Assembly (NCBI GenBank): GCA_038243585.1
Contig: JBBSQY010000008.1
Coordinates: 1 to 64,000, forward strand
Length of the DNA stretch: 64,000 bases
Source of the DNA: Candidatus Sumerlaeales bacterium
GTDB lineage: Bacteria > Sumerlaeota > Sumerlaeia > Sumerlaeales > Sumerlaeaceae
Direction of reading: 5' to 3'
Shown here: positions 30,855 through 41,256 of the stretch, piece by piece
Position numbering within the stretch: position 1 is the first letter of the stretch
Layout of the letters: each line of letters begins with the position of its first letter
The notes under the pieces: generated by a model
The model's input: the letters and a program-made list of their open reading frames with translations, nothing else
What the model was told of the DNA's origin: nothing
Databases searched by the model: none
Position numbers and translations under genes: made by a program

Positions 30855-33650
30855 ATGAGTGAACATCATGCGGACACTTTTAAAACCCTAAGAACGTTAA
30901 CTGCCATCGGGAAGAACTTCGAGTATTTTGATCTAGGGGTTCTCACCGGGGAAGGTCGCGAGGAAAAAGTTTCCCGCCTGCCAATCAGCCTAAAGATTTT
31001 GCTGGAAAATCTGCTCCGCCACGACGACGGCGATGACTATGATAAACGCAGCATCGAAGCGGTGATTGACTGGAAGCCGAAAGCCGCGCCTGAAAATGAA
31101 ATTGCTTTTGCTCCGGCCCGCACTCTGCTTCAGGATTTTACCGGAGTACCTTGCGTAGTTGACCTTGCCGCAATGCGCAACGCTGCCGTAGCCATGGGCA
31201 TTGACCCAAACAAGATTAACCCTCTGGAAAAAGTAGATCTGGTTATTGATCATAGCGTCCAAGTCGATTATTTTGGCAGCCCGGAAGCTTTAGAAGAGAA
31301 TTCTCAGCTGGAATATGAGAGAAATCAAGAACGCTACACCTTCCTGCGCTGGGGCGCGGAATCCTTTGATAATTTCAGTGTCGTACCTCCGGATATGGGT
31401 ATCGTTCACCAGATCAATCTGGAGTTTCTCGCCAGCGTTATTTTCACCAAAGAAATCGACGGCAAAATGTTCGCCTATCCCGACACTCTTGTCGGCACAG
31501 ACAGCCACACCCCAATGGTTAATGCCCTGGGCGTGGTTGGATGGGGAGTCGGCGGTATTGAGGCAGAGGCTGCGATGCTGGGTCAGCCGATCTCCATGCT
31601 TATCCCTCAGGTTGTCGGAATGAAACTTACGGGTAAGCTACCCGCCGGCACAACCGCCACTGACTTGGTTTTAACGGTCACACAAATCCTTCGCAAAAAG
31701 GGTGTAGTTGGTCGTTTTGTAGAATTTTACGGCGACGGCCTTGCCGAATTGACAGTTGCTGACAGGGCCACTATTTCGAATATGGCTCCGGAGTACGGCG
31801 CGACCATTGGATTTTTTCCAGTGGACTCCAAGACCCTCGATTACCTCCGCTTTACCGGGCGCAATGATGATCAGATCAATCTGGTCGAAGCCTATTGTCG
31901 CAAGCAGGGAATGTTTCGCGACGCCACATCTCTCGATCCATCGTTTTCAGATACTGTGGAACTTGACTTGTCGACGGTGGAGCCAAGCATCGCCGGCCCC
32001 CGTCGGCCGCAAGACCGCATTTCGCTGAGTAAATCACGTAGAGCGTGGAGACAGAGCCTGGTTGAGCTTCTTGAAATGAGGGAGACACTTCCCGCAGAAG
32101 CAAAAGATTTCTGGCTGAACGACATTAATGCAGTGGAAGGCCTCGGCCGCATCAGCGACACTGCTACTATTGAACAACCGGACAAAACCTTTACCATTGG
32201 CCACGGCGCAGTGGTTATCGCGGCCATCACCAGTTGCACCAACACAAGCAACCCGAGTGTTCTCATTGCCGCGGGTCTCCTGGCCAAAAAGGCGGCGGCA
32301 CGGGGACTGAAGACGAAGCCGTGGGTGAAAACCAGCCTGGCGCCGGGATCTAAAGTTGTTACAGAATACCTGACCGAGGCGGGACTTTTGCCCGAGCTTG
32401 AAAAGTTAGGCTTCCATGTGGTCGGTTATGGCTGCACGACTTGTATCGGCAACTCAGGTCCTTTGCCTGAAGATGTTGCGAAAGCCGTTACCAGGGCCGA
32501 CCTTGTGGGCGCCGCCGTATTGTCGGGAAATCGAAACTTTGAAGGCAGAATCAACCCGCTTGTGCGCGCGAATTACCTGGCCTCGCCACCGCTGGTCGTC
32601 GCGTATGCCATTGCGGGAAAAATGGACATTAATTTAACGACCGACTCCCTTGGACTGGATGATTCAGGTCAGCCAGTATTGCTTAGCGAGATATGGCCAA
32701 CTACTGAGGAAATTAACGCCGTCATTCAGTCGAGCGTAAAGAGCGAAATGTTTCGTAAAAGCTATGGAGAGGTGTTCCATGGCGACGAAACCTGGCGTAC
32801 ACTGCCTGTTCCAAAAGGGAATCTTTTCCAGTGGGATGACGCCAGCACCTACATTAAAGAGCCACCATTTTTTGAAGGTCTATCGGAAACCACCACCGAA
32901 CCACTCAACATCACCGGTGCCCGGGCTTTGGCAGTTCTTGGAGACTCAGTCACCACCGATCACATCTCTCCGGCTGGCAGCATAGCCCAGGGTAGCCCGG
33001 CGGGTATTTATCTGATGGAACGCGGCGTGGAGCCAAAGGATTTCAATAGCTATGGCTCGCGGCGCGGCAATCATGAAGTCATGATGCGTGGCACCTTCGC
33101 CAATATCCGGTTGCGCAACCTGCTGGCCCCCGGCACTGAGGGTGGCGTAACACTGCACCAGCCAAGCCAGGACCAGATGAGCATCTATGACGCAGCTATG
33201 AGATATGTTGCCGACGAGACACCGAGCATAATTCTCGCCGGTAAGGAATACGGCAGCGGATCAAGCCGCGACTGGGCAGCCAAAGGCCCGGCTCTACAGG
33301 GTGTGCGCGCTGTGATAGCCGAGAGTTATGAACGCATCCATCGCAGCAACCTCGTGGGAATGGGCGTACTCCCGCTTCAGTTCAGCGACGGAGAAAGCCG
33401 CAACACCCTTGAATTATCCGGTCACGAGGTATATGACATCACCGGAATTGAAAGCGGCATTAAGCCTGGTATGACACTGAAAGTCACAGCGACTTCTTCA
33501 GATGGCAATGTGAAGGAATTCCGCGTCTTGGCGCGTATTGACACTCCGAATGAAGTCGAGTACTATCGCAATGGCGGCATTCTGCAGTATGTATTACGTC
33601 AGCTTGCGATCAATGCTCGCAAAGAGCAGAAGGTCCAAACGACAGCGTAA
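30855..33650 (+). CDS. acnA: Aconitate hydratase A
   Basis: [61 protein letters not shown]. Confidence 0.98.
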   Translation: MSEHHADTFKTLRTLTAIGKNFEYFDLGVLTGEGREEKVSRLPISLKILLENLLRHDDGDDYDKRSIEAVIDWKPKAAPENEIAFAPARTLLQDFTGVPCVVDLAAMRNAAVAMGIDPNKINPLEKVDLVIDHSVQVDYFGSPEALEENSQLEYERNQERYTFLRWGAESFDNFSVVPPDMGIVHQINLEFLASVIFTKEIDGKMFAYPDTLVGTDSHTPMVNALGVVGWGVGGIEAEAAMLGQPISMLIPQVVGMKLTGKLPAGTTATDLVLTVTQILRKKGVVGRFVEFYGDGLAELTVADRATISNMAPEYGATIGFFPVDSKTLDYLRFTGRNDDQINLVEAYCRKQGMFRDATSLDPSFSDTVELDLSTVEPSIAGPRRPQDRISLSKSRRAWRQSLVELLEMRETLPAEAKDFWLNDINAVEGLGRISDTATIEQPDKTFTIGHGAVVIAAITSCTNTSNPSVLIAAGLLAKKAAARGLKTKPWVKTSLAPGSKVVTEYLTEAGLLPELEKLGFHVVGYGCTTCIGNSGPLPEDVAKAVTRADLVGAAVLSGNRNFEGRINPLVRANYLASPPLVVAYAIAGKMDINLTTDSLGLDDSGQPVLLSEIWPTTEEINAVIQSSVKSEMFRKSYGEVFHGDETWRTLPVPKGNLFQWDDASTYIKEPPFFEGLSETTTEPLNITGARALAVLGDSVTTDHISPAGSIAQGSPAGIYLMERGVEPKDFNSYGSRRGNHEVMMRGTFANIRLRNLLAPGTEGGVTLHQPSQDQMSIYDAAMRYVADETPSIILAGKEYGSGSSRDWAAKGPALQGVRAVIAESYERIHRSNLVGMGVLPLQFSDGESRNTLELSGHEVYDITGIESGIKPGMTLKVTATSSDGNVKEFRVLARIDTPNEVEYYRNGGILQYVLRQLAINARKEQKVQTTA

Positions 33651-33688
33651 AACGAATGCTGTAGCTTTTTGTGGGCACGTTAATAATA

Positions 33689-33722
33689 TGCGGGCCGGGT
33701 TTTAATTTCTTCCCGGCCCGCA
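33689..33722. terminator. Stem-loop after acnA
   Basis: tgcgggccggg ... cccggcccgca 11-bp inverted repeat; no clear U tract. Confidence 0.5.
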
Positions 33723-33753
33723 AACGCGCCGTGCCGAGGGCGGATGAAAGGCA

Positions 33754-35742
33754 GTGCCGATGTTGAAACTCCGAAATTCTGTCGCAGTATATATCGCAGG
33801 CATTCTTGCCGTCTGTACACCAGTCTGCGCCCAACTGGAGATTCCCGTGGAAAACCTTCCCGCCGTACGCGCTCCAGAACTGCAGCCGAATCTGGGCTGG
33901 CTGAACACGGACCGCCCCCTTCGCTTCAGCCATGAACTCAAAGGGCAGGTAGTACTTCTCGATTTTTGGACCTACTGCTGCATCAACTGCATCCATATTC
34001 TGCCGGATCTCGAATTCCTGGAGGAAAAATACGCGGATCAACCCTTTGCGGTTATTGGCGTCCATTCAGCCAAGTTTGAAAACGAGGCGAACCGCGAAAC
34101 TATTCGAGCCGCTACCCAGCGCTACAAGATTAAGCACCCAGTTGTTATAGACGATGATATGGGTATCTGGAGCCGCTACACGGCCAAGGGTTGGCCCACA
34201 TTTGTGCTGGTCGATTCAACCGGGCGGGTGGTCGGAATGACCAGCGGCGAGGGCCATCGGGATGAACTGGATGCGGCCATTGAGCGTCTACTGTCTGAGG
34301 GCCGGGCCAAAGACACCCTGGCTAGCGCTCCCCTGAAAATCAACTCCACCGGCTTCCTTGCCCCGACCGGCGTCCTTGCCTTTCCCGGCAAGGTGCTTGC
34401 CGATGCGGAATCCAATCGCCTTTTTATCGCGGACAGTAATCATAATAGATTAGTCGTAACCACGCTGCCGGATTCCTCTGGCCACTCCCAGCTGGTCTCA
34501 GTCATCGGCGGCGGAAAAGAGGGCAAAGCCGACGGAACATTTACCGACGCGTCCTTTCAGAATCCCCAGGGCATGGCCCTTCGCGGCGACCTGCTTTATA
34601 TTGCTGACACCGACAATCATCTTATCCGCGAGGCTAATCTGGAAACCAGCACTGTTCGTACTATTGCCGGAACAGGCTCGCAGGGCTATGACCGCAGAGG
34701 CGGCGCTAAAGGGGCAGCGCAACCCCTGAGCAGCCCATGGGCGCTGGAACTTGTGGGCAACAATCAATTGTTCATCGGCATGGCGGGCATTCATCAGATT
34801 TGGGTGATGGATCTGGATTCTGAAATTATAAAAAACTTTTCCGGCAACGGGGCCGAAAATATTGTCGACGGCAGCGCCGAAGAAGCCAATTTCGCGCAGC
34901 CAAGCGGCCTGGCTTATTTGAACGAAAAACTTTACGTGGCCGACAGCGAAGTTAGCGGTATTCGCGAAGTGGACCCAAAAACCGGCGCGGTGGGTACCGT
35001 CGTCGGAAGCGGACTTTTTATATTTGGTGATGTAGATGGTCAGGGTGAGGATGTTCGTCTTCAACATGCTTTAGGCATAACCGCGTGGAACGACAACCTG
35101 TTGATCGCCGACACGTACAATCATAGAATCAAGCGGATTGATCCGTCTTCCCGGCAGGTTACCACGCTTTTTGGAACCGGGAAAACCGGGACAAAAAGCA
35201 CCGACGGCAAACCTGCTTTCTTTGAGCCGGGAGGCTTGGATATCGCTGGCGACTGGCTCTTTGTGGCTGACACTAACAACCACCGCATTGTCGCAGTAGA
35301 CCTAATAACCGGCGCGTGGAACGAAGTTATGATCTCGGGTCTGTCGGCGCCGAAAGCGGCGGCAAGACCCGTAGACGCCGTGGACGCGTCAAAAGTTATA
35401 ATCTCCGACAAAGCGCCCACTGTCACGCTGACCCTGGATGCGGAACTTCCGACCAACGCGCATCCTTCGGCAGAAGCACCGATGCAAATTCGCGTGCTGA
35501 ACGGTGAAGAAATACTGGCGCAGCAGACTTTAAAAACGGATCGCCTGCCGGTAAGCGTGGACCTTGATAGCGCCAGCATCCCAACTTCTGGCACCTTAAC
35601 CATCCGCTGGAGCTTCGCTTGGTGTACGGAAGGTAACGCGTCAGTGTGCGTGCCTCAGCGTCACAACTGGTCTCTGCCGATAGAAAAGACAGCAGGGGTT
35701 GCGGGAGCCATCATTGAACTTAAAGGCAAAGCGAAGAAGTAG
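33754..35742 (+). CDS. Secreted thioredoxin-like + NHL-repeat protein (NHLRC2/SOQ1 architecture)
   Basis: LDFWTYCCINC, GVHSAKF, repeated ADSNHNR/ADTDNH/ADTYNH NHL blades, C-terminal beta domain with WC..VC. Confidence 0.88.
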   Translation: MPMLKLRNSVAVYIAGILAVCTPVCAQLEIPVENLPAVRAPELQPNLGWLNTDRPLRFSHELKGQVVLLDFWTYCCINCIHILPDLEFLEEKYADQPFAVIGVHSAKFENEANRETIRAATQRYKIKHPVVIDDDMGIWSRYTAKGWPTFVLVDSTGRVVGMTSGEGHRDELDAAIERLLSEGRAKDTLASAPLKINSTGFLAPTGVLAFPGKVLADAESNRLFIADSNHNRLVVTTLPDSSGHSQLVSVIGGGKEGKADGTFTDASFQNPQGMALRGDLLYIADTDNHLIREANLETSTVRTIAGTGSQGYDRRGGAKGAAQPLSSPWALELVGNNQLFIGMAGIHQIWVMDLDSEIIKNFSGNGAENIVDGSAEEANFAQPSGLAYLNEKLYVADSEVSGIREVDPKTGAVGTVVGSGLFIFGDVDGQGEDVRLQHALGITAWNDNLLIADTYNHRIKRIDPSSRQVTTLFGTGKTGTKSTDGKPAFFEPGGLDIAGDWLFVADTNNHRIVAVDLITGAWNEVMISGLSAPKAAARPVDAVDASKVIISDKAPTVTLTLDAELPTNAHPSAEAPMQIRVLNGEEILAQQTLKTDRLPVSVDLDSASIPTSGTLTIRWSFAWCTEGNASVCVPQRHNWSLPIEKTAGVAGAIIELKGKAKK

Positions 35743-35785
35743 CATAAACGTACCGACTGTGCCGGACAGATTAAACATATTTCTG

Positions 35786-36199
35786 TTACGGAATAATAGC
35801 GTCTAGTTCAATTTCGATAAGCGCTTCATCATCAATCAAACGCGCGACTTCTACGATGGTCGTGGCGGGTCTGATGTCGGCGAACAGGTCCCCGTGTGCC
35901 TTCGCAACTTCCTGCCATTGAGAAATATCTGTCACATACATGCGCGTTCGAACGACGTGAGTTAGTCGAGATCCGAGCGCTTCCAGTGCAGCCTGGATGA
36001 TTTCGAGCGACCGCTTTGCCTGGACCGCCATATCCGGCGAATATGACCCATCTGCATTAGCCCCCACAGTTCCAGTGACCATTATATGGTTGCCTGCTCT
36101 GATAGCTCGAGAATATCCCAATTTAGGTTCCCAGGCAGATCCTGTCGATACGCAAGTGCGTCCGTTGCGCTCCTGAAGAGTGGTTTTAACATCTGTCAT
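35786..36199 (-). CDS. RidA/YjgF/UK114 family protein
   Basis: WEPKLGYSRA, VVRTRMYVTD, RPATT, IEIE. Confidence 0.92.
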   Translation of the reverse strand: MTDVKTTLQERNGRTCVSTGSAWEPKLGYSRAIRAGNHIMVTGTVGANADGSYSPDMAVQAKRSLEIIQAALEALGSRLTHVVRTRMYVTDISQWQEVAKAHGDLFADIRPATTIVEVARLIDDEALIEIELDAIIP

Positions 36200-36250
36200 C
36201 GTTGTGCCCCTTTTAATAATATTATGTTACCTCGACGCAAAAAAACGTTT

Positions 36251-37870
36251 CTAGTCTAGCTTGGGAGTCTCCCAGCGCGACTTACGGGCGACATCTTTGT
36301 GTCGTCCCACAATAATCACCAGCACGACCGATCCAGCCCAGATACAGTAGGTTAATATACCTAAGTTGCGGCGAAGAGTGTAATTGGTTAATTCGTAAAG
36401 CTGAATCACGCACTCAAGGCACAGCCATAGGAGTAGGATCCAGGCAAGTGGGTAATCTCCGCGCATGGCACTCCACCAAGCTTTCGCAAGACCTCCTATC
36501 CGCAACACCGTAAACAGAAAGAGCAGTGCAAACCCAGGCCATCCAGTCTCGGCAGCGGTTTCCAGCCAGATGTTGTGGGCGTGAACAGCTCCGGCGAAAT
36601 AGTCTGGCACAGTAGGGTGATCGATCTGAGCGGCACTTTCGAAATTTTCGAACCCATATCCAAATCCGAGGACTGGACGGCTCGTGATCATTTTAAAGGT
36701 CGTATCCCATATAAGCAGCCGCGCTCCGATGCTTCCCTCCGCATTTTCGTGATAATTTGCAGGGTTTGTAATTTTCAATATGTGCCCCTGATAAGAGCTG
36801 GGCAGCATGACCCACGATAACGGCAAGACCACCACCGCTCCAATTAATAGCGCCAGTCGTCCGCGGCGGTAGCGCATAAGCCCGGCCGCAGCGAACAGCG
36901 CCATACCGATCCCGGCCGCAACTAAAGCGCCCCGGGTGAGCGTAAAAGGTAGTGCCAGGGCAGCCGCCGCCGCCCCGCTGATGCCGGCAATCCGTCGTAC
37001 CGTGCCACCCCACGCCCCGGCCAGACAAAGGAATATGGCGCAGGCCGCAAAAAATCCGGCCCGGTTGTGATGATGAAAAAGAAACTGAAGCCGCGGAGTA
37101 TCGGGCGCGTGGCTGTCAATGCGGAAATAGCCCTGCTGCACCAGGCTGTTCGTCAGTCCCGGAGAAGTGAGCGCGACTACAGCGATCAACCCCATGCCAA
37201 TGCAGACGGCCACAAGCAGGATCCAAACGCCACGAGCGCCCATACGCCACCATGACGTTTCGGCACAGAAAGCCGAACGTACTAAAATGATGAACAGCCC
37301 CACGTAAGGCAGGATTTCCGCACCAAGCAGTTCCATGCTCTGCTTTGGAAACATGGATGCTCCGGCGCTTATGGTTGCTTGAAGCGCTAAGAGGATAAGC
37401 ACTGCAACCAGCATGGCCGGCCATGGTCTTAGTTCTCCACAAGTGTCAATTCCGTGCCCGTCTCGGCGAAGAGAAGGAATTAAGACCGGCGCCGCCAGCC
37501 ATAAAACGACAAACCAAACGATCGCTATCTGATATTTTACAAACGCATGGACCGCCGCGGGAAAGTCTCCGGCAAACCACGCGGCCAATCCTGCCGCCGC
37601 CAGCGTCGTGACCCAGGCCCCGAGAACGGGCAGAAGCCGGCGCCGGCGCGGCCCCTGGCCGTCCGAAACGGCAGCTATTAACAGCGTGATCCAGCTCAGC
37701 GCCTTCAGCAACTTATCGGCGTCCCGGTCGAACACCAGGCACACAAACATCAAAGTAAAAGCTACTGAGAGGCATCGCCCTGCCCATAGACTCCATGGAC
37801 AGCCGCGTTCCGAAATTGTTGTAATCGTGTTCACCAGAAGCAACAACGCGCCTGAGAACAGGCGTGTCAA
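36251..37870 (-). CDS. O-antigen ligase (WaaL/Wzy_C) family membrane protein
   Basis: Polytopic; HHN, TLTRGA, RLLIW, PVLGFGYG, HAHNIWLE..ETG; start uncertain. Confidence 0.85.
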   Translation of the reverse strand: MTRLFSGALLLLVNTITTISERGCPWSLWAGRCLSVAFTLMFVCLVFDRDADKLLKALSWITLLIAAVSDGQGPRRRRLLPVLGAWVTTLAAAGLAAWFAGDFPAAVHAFVKYQIAIVWFVVLWLAAPVLIPSLRRDGHGIDTCGELRPWPAMLVAVLILLALQATISAGASMFPKQSMELLGAEILPYVGLFIILVRSAFCAETSWWRMGARGVWILLVAVCIGMGLIAVVALTSPGLTNSLVQQGYFRIDSHAPDTPRLQFLFHHHNRAGFFAACAIFLCLAGAWGGTVRRIAGISGAAAAALALPFTLTRGALVAAGIGMALFAAAGLMRYRRGRLALLIGAVVVLPLSWVMLPSSYQGHILKITNPANYHENAEGSIGARLLIWDTTFKMITSRPVLGFGYGFENFESAAQIDHPTVPDYFAGAVHAHNIWLETAAETGWPGFALLFLFTVLRIGGLAKAWWSAMRGDYPLAWILLLWLCLECVIQLYELTNYTLRRNLGILTYCIWAGSVVLVIIVGRHKDVARKSRWETPKLD

Positions 37871-37904
37871 GGGGCGCAGCTTAAAAAAGCAAGCGCCCCT
37901 CGAC
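37866..37904. terminator. Stem-loop downstream of htpG
   Basis: gtcaaggggcgc ... gcgcccctcgac inverted repeat. Confidence 0.5.
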
Positions 37905-37965
37905 GCACCGTAAATTCAGCATTGCTTGAAAGCAACGCTTACACCTTGCAAGCCTGCGACGGGGT

Positions 37966-39984
37966 CTACCGGATAGCTTCCGCCATCAGTTCTGCGACTT
38001 TCTTGCTAAATGCGCCGGGATCGTCCAATTTGCCGCCCTCCGCCAGCACTGACTGGCCGTATAGGAGCTCGGCATAATTGCCAAGGCGCGGGTCGTCGGG
38101 ATTCGCCGCAAAAATACCCTGTAACTTTTCCATCAGCGGGTGGCTGGGGTTCAGTTCGAGAATGCGCTTTTGTGTCGGCACGTCCTGGCCCATTGATCGC
38201 ATCAGCTCCATAAGCTGCGGACTCATGTCGCTTGTGTCGCCCACCAGGCAGGCGGGACTGCTGGTCAGCCGGTTGCTCAGGCGTACTTCTTTCACCTGAT
38301 TGCTCAGCTTCCCTTTCATGGCGTCCATTAGGCTGGAATAGCTTTCCTGCTTGTCCTTCAGGTCTTCCTGCTCCTGCTTGCGTTCTTCTTCGGTGCCCAG
38401 CATGGCCGCACCCTTCGCGGCGCTTTGCAGGCGTTTTCCCTCGTATTCATGCACGTACTGTGTCCAGACCTCGTCCACCGGATCAGTCAGGATCAGCACT
38501 TCAATACCCTTGTTTTTGAACGCCTCCAGATGTGGCGACGACTCTACCGCCTCCGATGTCGGTCCCGTCAGGAAGTAGATGACGTCCTGCTCCGGCTTCA
38601 TGCGGCTTACGTATTCGCCCATGGTTGTCGCGTCACGCTTTTCTTCGCCCGCTACGCTGGCGAATTCGCAAATGTCAAACAGCGTGGCGCGATTGCCATC
38701 GTCTTGAAACAGCCCCTCGCGCAGCACCCGGCTAAACTCTTTGCGAACAACCGTCCACTTTTCCGGGTCGCCGGAGCGCATGGATTTCAGCGTATCGAGA
38801 ATCTTCTTTACCAGCGCCTTGCGGATGATCGGGATCTGGCGATCCTTTTGCAGAATCTCACGCGATACGTTTAGCGACAGGTCTTCACTGTCGACCACGC
38901 CCTTAATAAACCGCAGGTATTCCGGGATCAGGTCTTTCGCGTCGCTCATGATAAATACGCGGCGGATGTAAAGATGAAGGCCGGGCTCAAGCTCCCGGGA
39001 GAACAGGTTCGATGGCGCCTTGCTTGGGATATACAGCAGCGCGCGGAACTCGCTCGTGCCTTCGGCGCGCACGCTGATCCGAGTCAGTGGCTCGTTCCAG
39101 TCGTGACTGATGTGCTTGTAGAATTCGTTATACTCTTCGTCGGTTACGTCTTTCTCAGGACGCGTCCAGATGGCTTTCATGGAGTTCAGCGTAATGTCTT
39201 CCACGACCGTCTTGGGCTCGGCGCCCTCGATCGCTTTGCCTTCGGCGTCGCGTTCGATTTCCGTCCGTTCGGTGCTCATGCGGATTGGATAAGCCACGAA
39301 GTCCGAGTAGCGCTTCACGATATCCTTCACTGCCCACTCGTCCGTGTAATCGTGCAATCCATTTTCTTCGTCGGCCGGCTTCAGGTGAAGTGTCACCGAA
39401 GTTCCCGGCGTCGCCCGCGTTCCCTCGCCCAAGGTGTATTGGCCGTCACCGATGCTTTCCCAGGTGGTCGCCTTGTCTTCACCAGCGCGCCGAGTGACCA
39501 GGCTGAGCTTATCTGCGGCCATAAACGCGGAGTAGAATCCAATACCAAACTGGCCGATCAGTTCCGCTGGCACTTCTTTGCCCGTTGCCCGCGCTTCTTT
39601 TACGATTTGAGCAAACTCTTTGGTGCCGGATTTGGCGATCGTGCCGATGAACCGAATGACTTCGTCGCGGCTCATGCCCACGCCGTTGTCGCTCACAGTA
39701 AGGGTGCGGGCGTCGGAGTCAGTGGTCAGGCGGATTTCAGGATTGGAAGCGTATTGATTAAATTCGCTGTTTGTCAGCGCCTCATAGCGCAACTTGTCGA
39801 TGGCGTCGCTGGAGTTGGAGATCAGCTCGCGCAGAAAGATGTCTTTGTGAGAATAGACGGAGTGAATCATCAGGTCGAGAAGCTGACGCGCCTCGGTCTG
39901 AAACTCAAATGTCTCGGTGGCACCGCTTTGAGTTGATAGATTATCTGTTGCAGAGTTATCGGTTGCTGCGTCTGGCGTTGTCAT
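37966..39984 (-). CDS. htpG: Molecular chaperone HtpG (Hsp90)
   Basis: YSHKDIFLRELISN, DNGVGM, GTIAKSGT, IGQFGIGFYSAF, LNVSREILQ. Confidence 0.98.
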   Translation of the reverse strand: MTTPDAATDNSATDNLSTQSGATETFEFQTEARQLLDLMIHSVYSHKDIFLRELISNSSDAIDKLRYEALTNSEFNQYASNPEIRLTTDSDARTLTVSDNGVGMSRDEVIRFIGTIAKSGTKEFAQIVKEARATGKEVPAELIGQFGIGFYSAFMAADKLSLVTRRAGEDKATTWESIGDGQYTLGEGTRATPGTSVTLHLKPADEENGLHDYTDEWAVKDIVKRYSDFVAYPIRMSTERTEIERDAEGKAIEGAEPKTVVEDITLNSMKAIWTRPEKDVTDEEYNEFYKHISHDWNEPLTRISVRAEGTSEFRALLYIPSKAPSNLFSRELEPGLHLYIRRVFIMSDAKDLIPEYLRFIKGVVDSEDLSLNVSREILQKDRQIPIIRKALVKKILDTLKSMRSGDPEKWTVVRKEFSRVLREGLFQDDGNRATLFDICEFASVAGEEKRDATTMGEYVSRMKPEQDVIYFLTGPTSEAVESSPHLEAFKNKGIEVLILTDPVDEVWTQYVHEYEGKRLQSAAKGAAMLGTEEERKQEQEDLKDKQESYSSLMDAMKGKLSNQVKEVRLSNRLTSSPACLVGDTSDMSPQLMELMRSMGQDVPTQKRILELNPSHPLMEKLQGIFAANPDDPRLGNYAELLYGQSVLAEGGKLDDPGAFSKKVAELMAEAIR

Positions 39985-40109
39985 TTTGTTGCTCCGTTGT
40001 GGGTGTGTAGATAGAGTTGATTCTGTATTGCACGTCTAACCGATGATTGTTCCAAATCTTCAACGCAGCGCCGAGTTGCACTCGAGCGTTCCCCGCCGCG
40101 GCCTGAATT

Positions 40110-41171
40110 ATGCTTCATATCTGCCTGACTTCTATATCCACTCGGAGACTTGCCATGATACCAGCTTCAACTATGCGAAATAAGAATGCCCGGCGCGAGC
40201 GCATTGGCCGGATTCCCCGCGAATCAACCCAGGTGGCGCCAGACGTTTTTCGCGTTCGATTGTCTATAGTAAACGCCTATATTGTAGGCCGCCCCGGCGC
40301 GCGGTCCGGCCATTGGGTGCTTGTTGATGCGGGGTTACCCACATCAGCGGATAAGATATTTCGGGCGGCGGCGGAGCTTTTCGGTGCCAATTCGCGTCCC
40401 GCGGCCATTATTTTGACCCATGGCCATTTCGACCACAGCGGTGCCGCGGAAGAACTGGCGGAAGCATGGGATGTCCCGGTGTATGCCCACCGCCTTGAGA
40501 TGCCCTATCTGGATGGCGGATCCGAATATCCGCCGCCGGATCCTTCCGTTGGTGGAGGAGCCCTTGCACTGATTTCACCCCTAATGCCGCGCGGTCCAAT
40601 TAACCTGGGTCCGCGGCTGCATCTTCTGCCCGCCAATAAATCCGTGCCTGGCATGAGAGGCTGGCGCTGGATTCATACGCCGGGGCACACGCCGGGCCAT
40701 GTCTCTTTTTATCGCGCCGCCGACGCGACGTTAATCGCCGGGGATGCCTTTATAACGACCCGACAGGCATCGCTGTTTTCCGCTGTTTTGCAACCCCAGG
40801 AGATGAATGGCCCACCCCAGTATTTTACGCCGAACTGGGAGCTGGCCTACGCGTCTGTGGTGGAGTTGAACCGATTGTACATCCAAGTCGCGGCAACGGG
40901 ACACGGCAAGCCTATGCGCGGCGTGCATCTGCGCCGGGGACTGGATCGGTTGGCGGCCCATTTTTACGAACTGGCGGTTCCACACACTGGGAGGTACGTC
41001 GATCAGCCTGCCATTTCGGACGGCGGCGGGGTGGTGGATGTTCCACCGCGGGTGGTCAATTATGAGCACGTCGCCATCGGAATAGTGGTCGCCGGTGTGG
41101 CAACGGCTATTTTAACTTCCGGTTTTTGGAAAAAGAAAGGGAAGTATTATCGAGACGGAGAGGGCATTTAA
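40110..41171 (+). CDS. MBL-fold metallo-hydrolase with a C-terminal membrane anchor
   Basis: THGHFDH, HTPGHTPGH, AGDAF, TGHG; hydrophobic tail followed by KKK; the start is probably a later Met. Confidence 0.9.
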   Translation: MLHICLTSISTRRLAMIPASTMRNKNARRERIGRIPRESTQVAPDVFRVRLSIVNAYIVGRPGARSGHWVLVDAGLPTSADKIFRAAAELFGANSRPAAIILTHGHFDHSGAAEELAEAWDVPVYAHRLEMPYLDGGSEYPPPDPSVGGGALALISPLMPRGPINLGPRLHLLPANKSVPGMRGWRWIHTPGHTPGHVSFYRAADATLIAGDAFITTRQASLFSAVLQPQEMNGPPQYFTPNWELAYASVVELNRLYIQVAATGHGKPMRGVHLRRGLDRLAAHFYELAVPHTGRYVDQPAISDGGGVVDVPPRVVNYEHVAIGIVVAGVATAILTSGFWKKKGKYYRDGEGI

Positions 41172-41203
41172 GCCGTCGTCTCCGCTGGTCGCAATATCAA
41201 GGA

Positions 41204-41235
41204 GTTGCGGACACCGAAGATTGAATGTCCGCAAC
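41204..41235. terminator. Hairpin between convergent genes
   Basis: gttgcggaca ... tgtccgcaac 10-bp inverted repeat. Confidence 0.6.
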
Positions 41236-41256
41236 CCATCCAGACTTCATGTCGTA

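Noticed and set aside
38974..39936. 320-aa plus-strand ORF
   Set aside because: Antisense shadow of htpG
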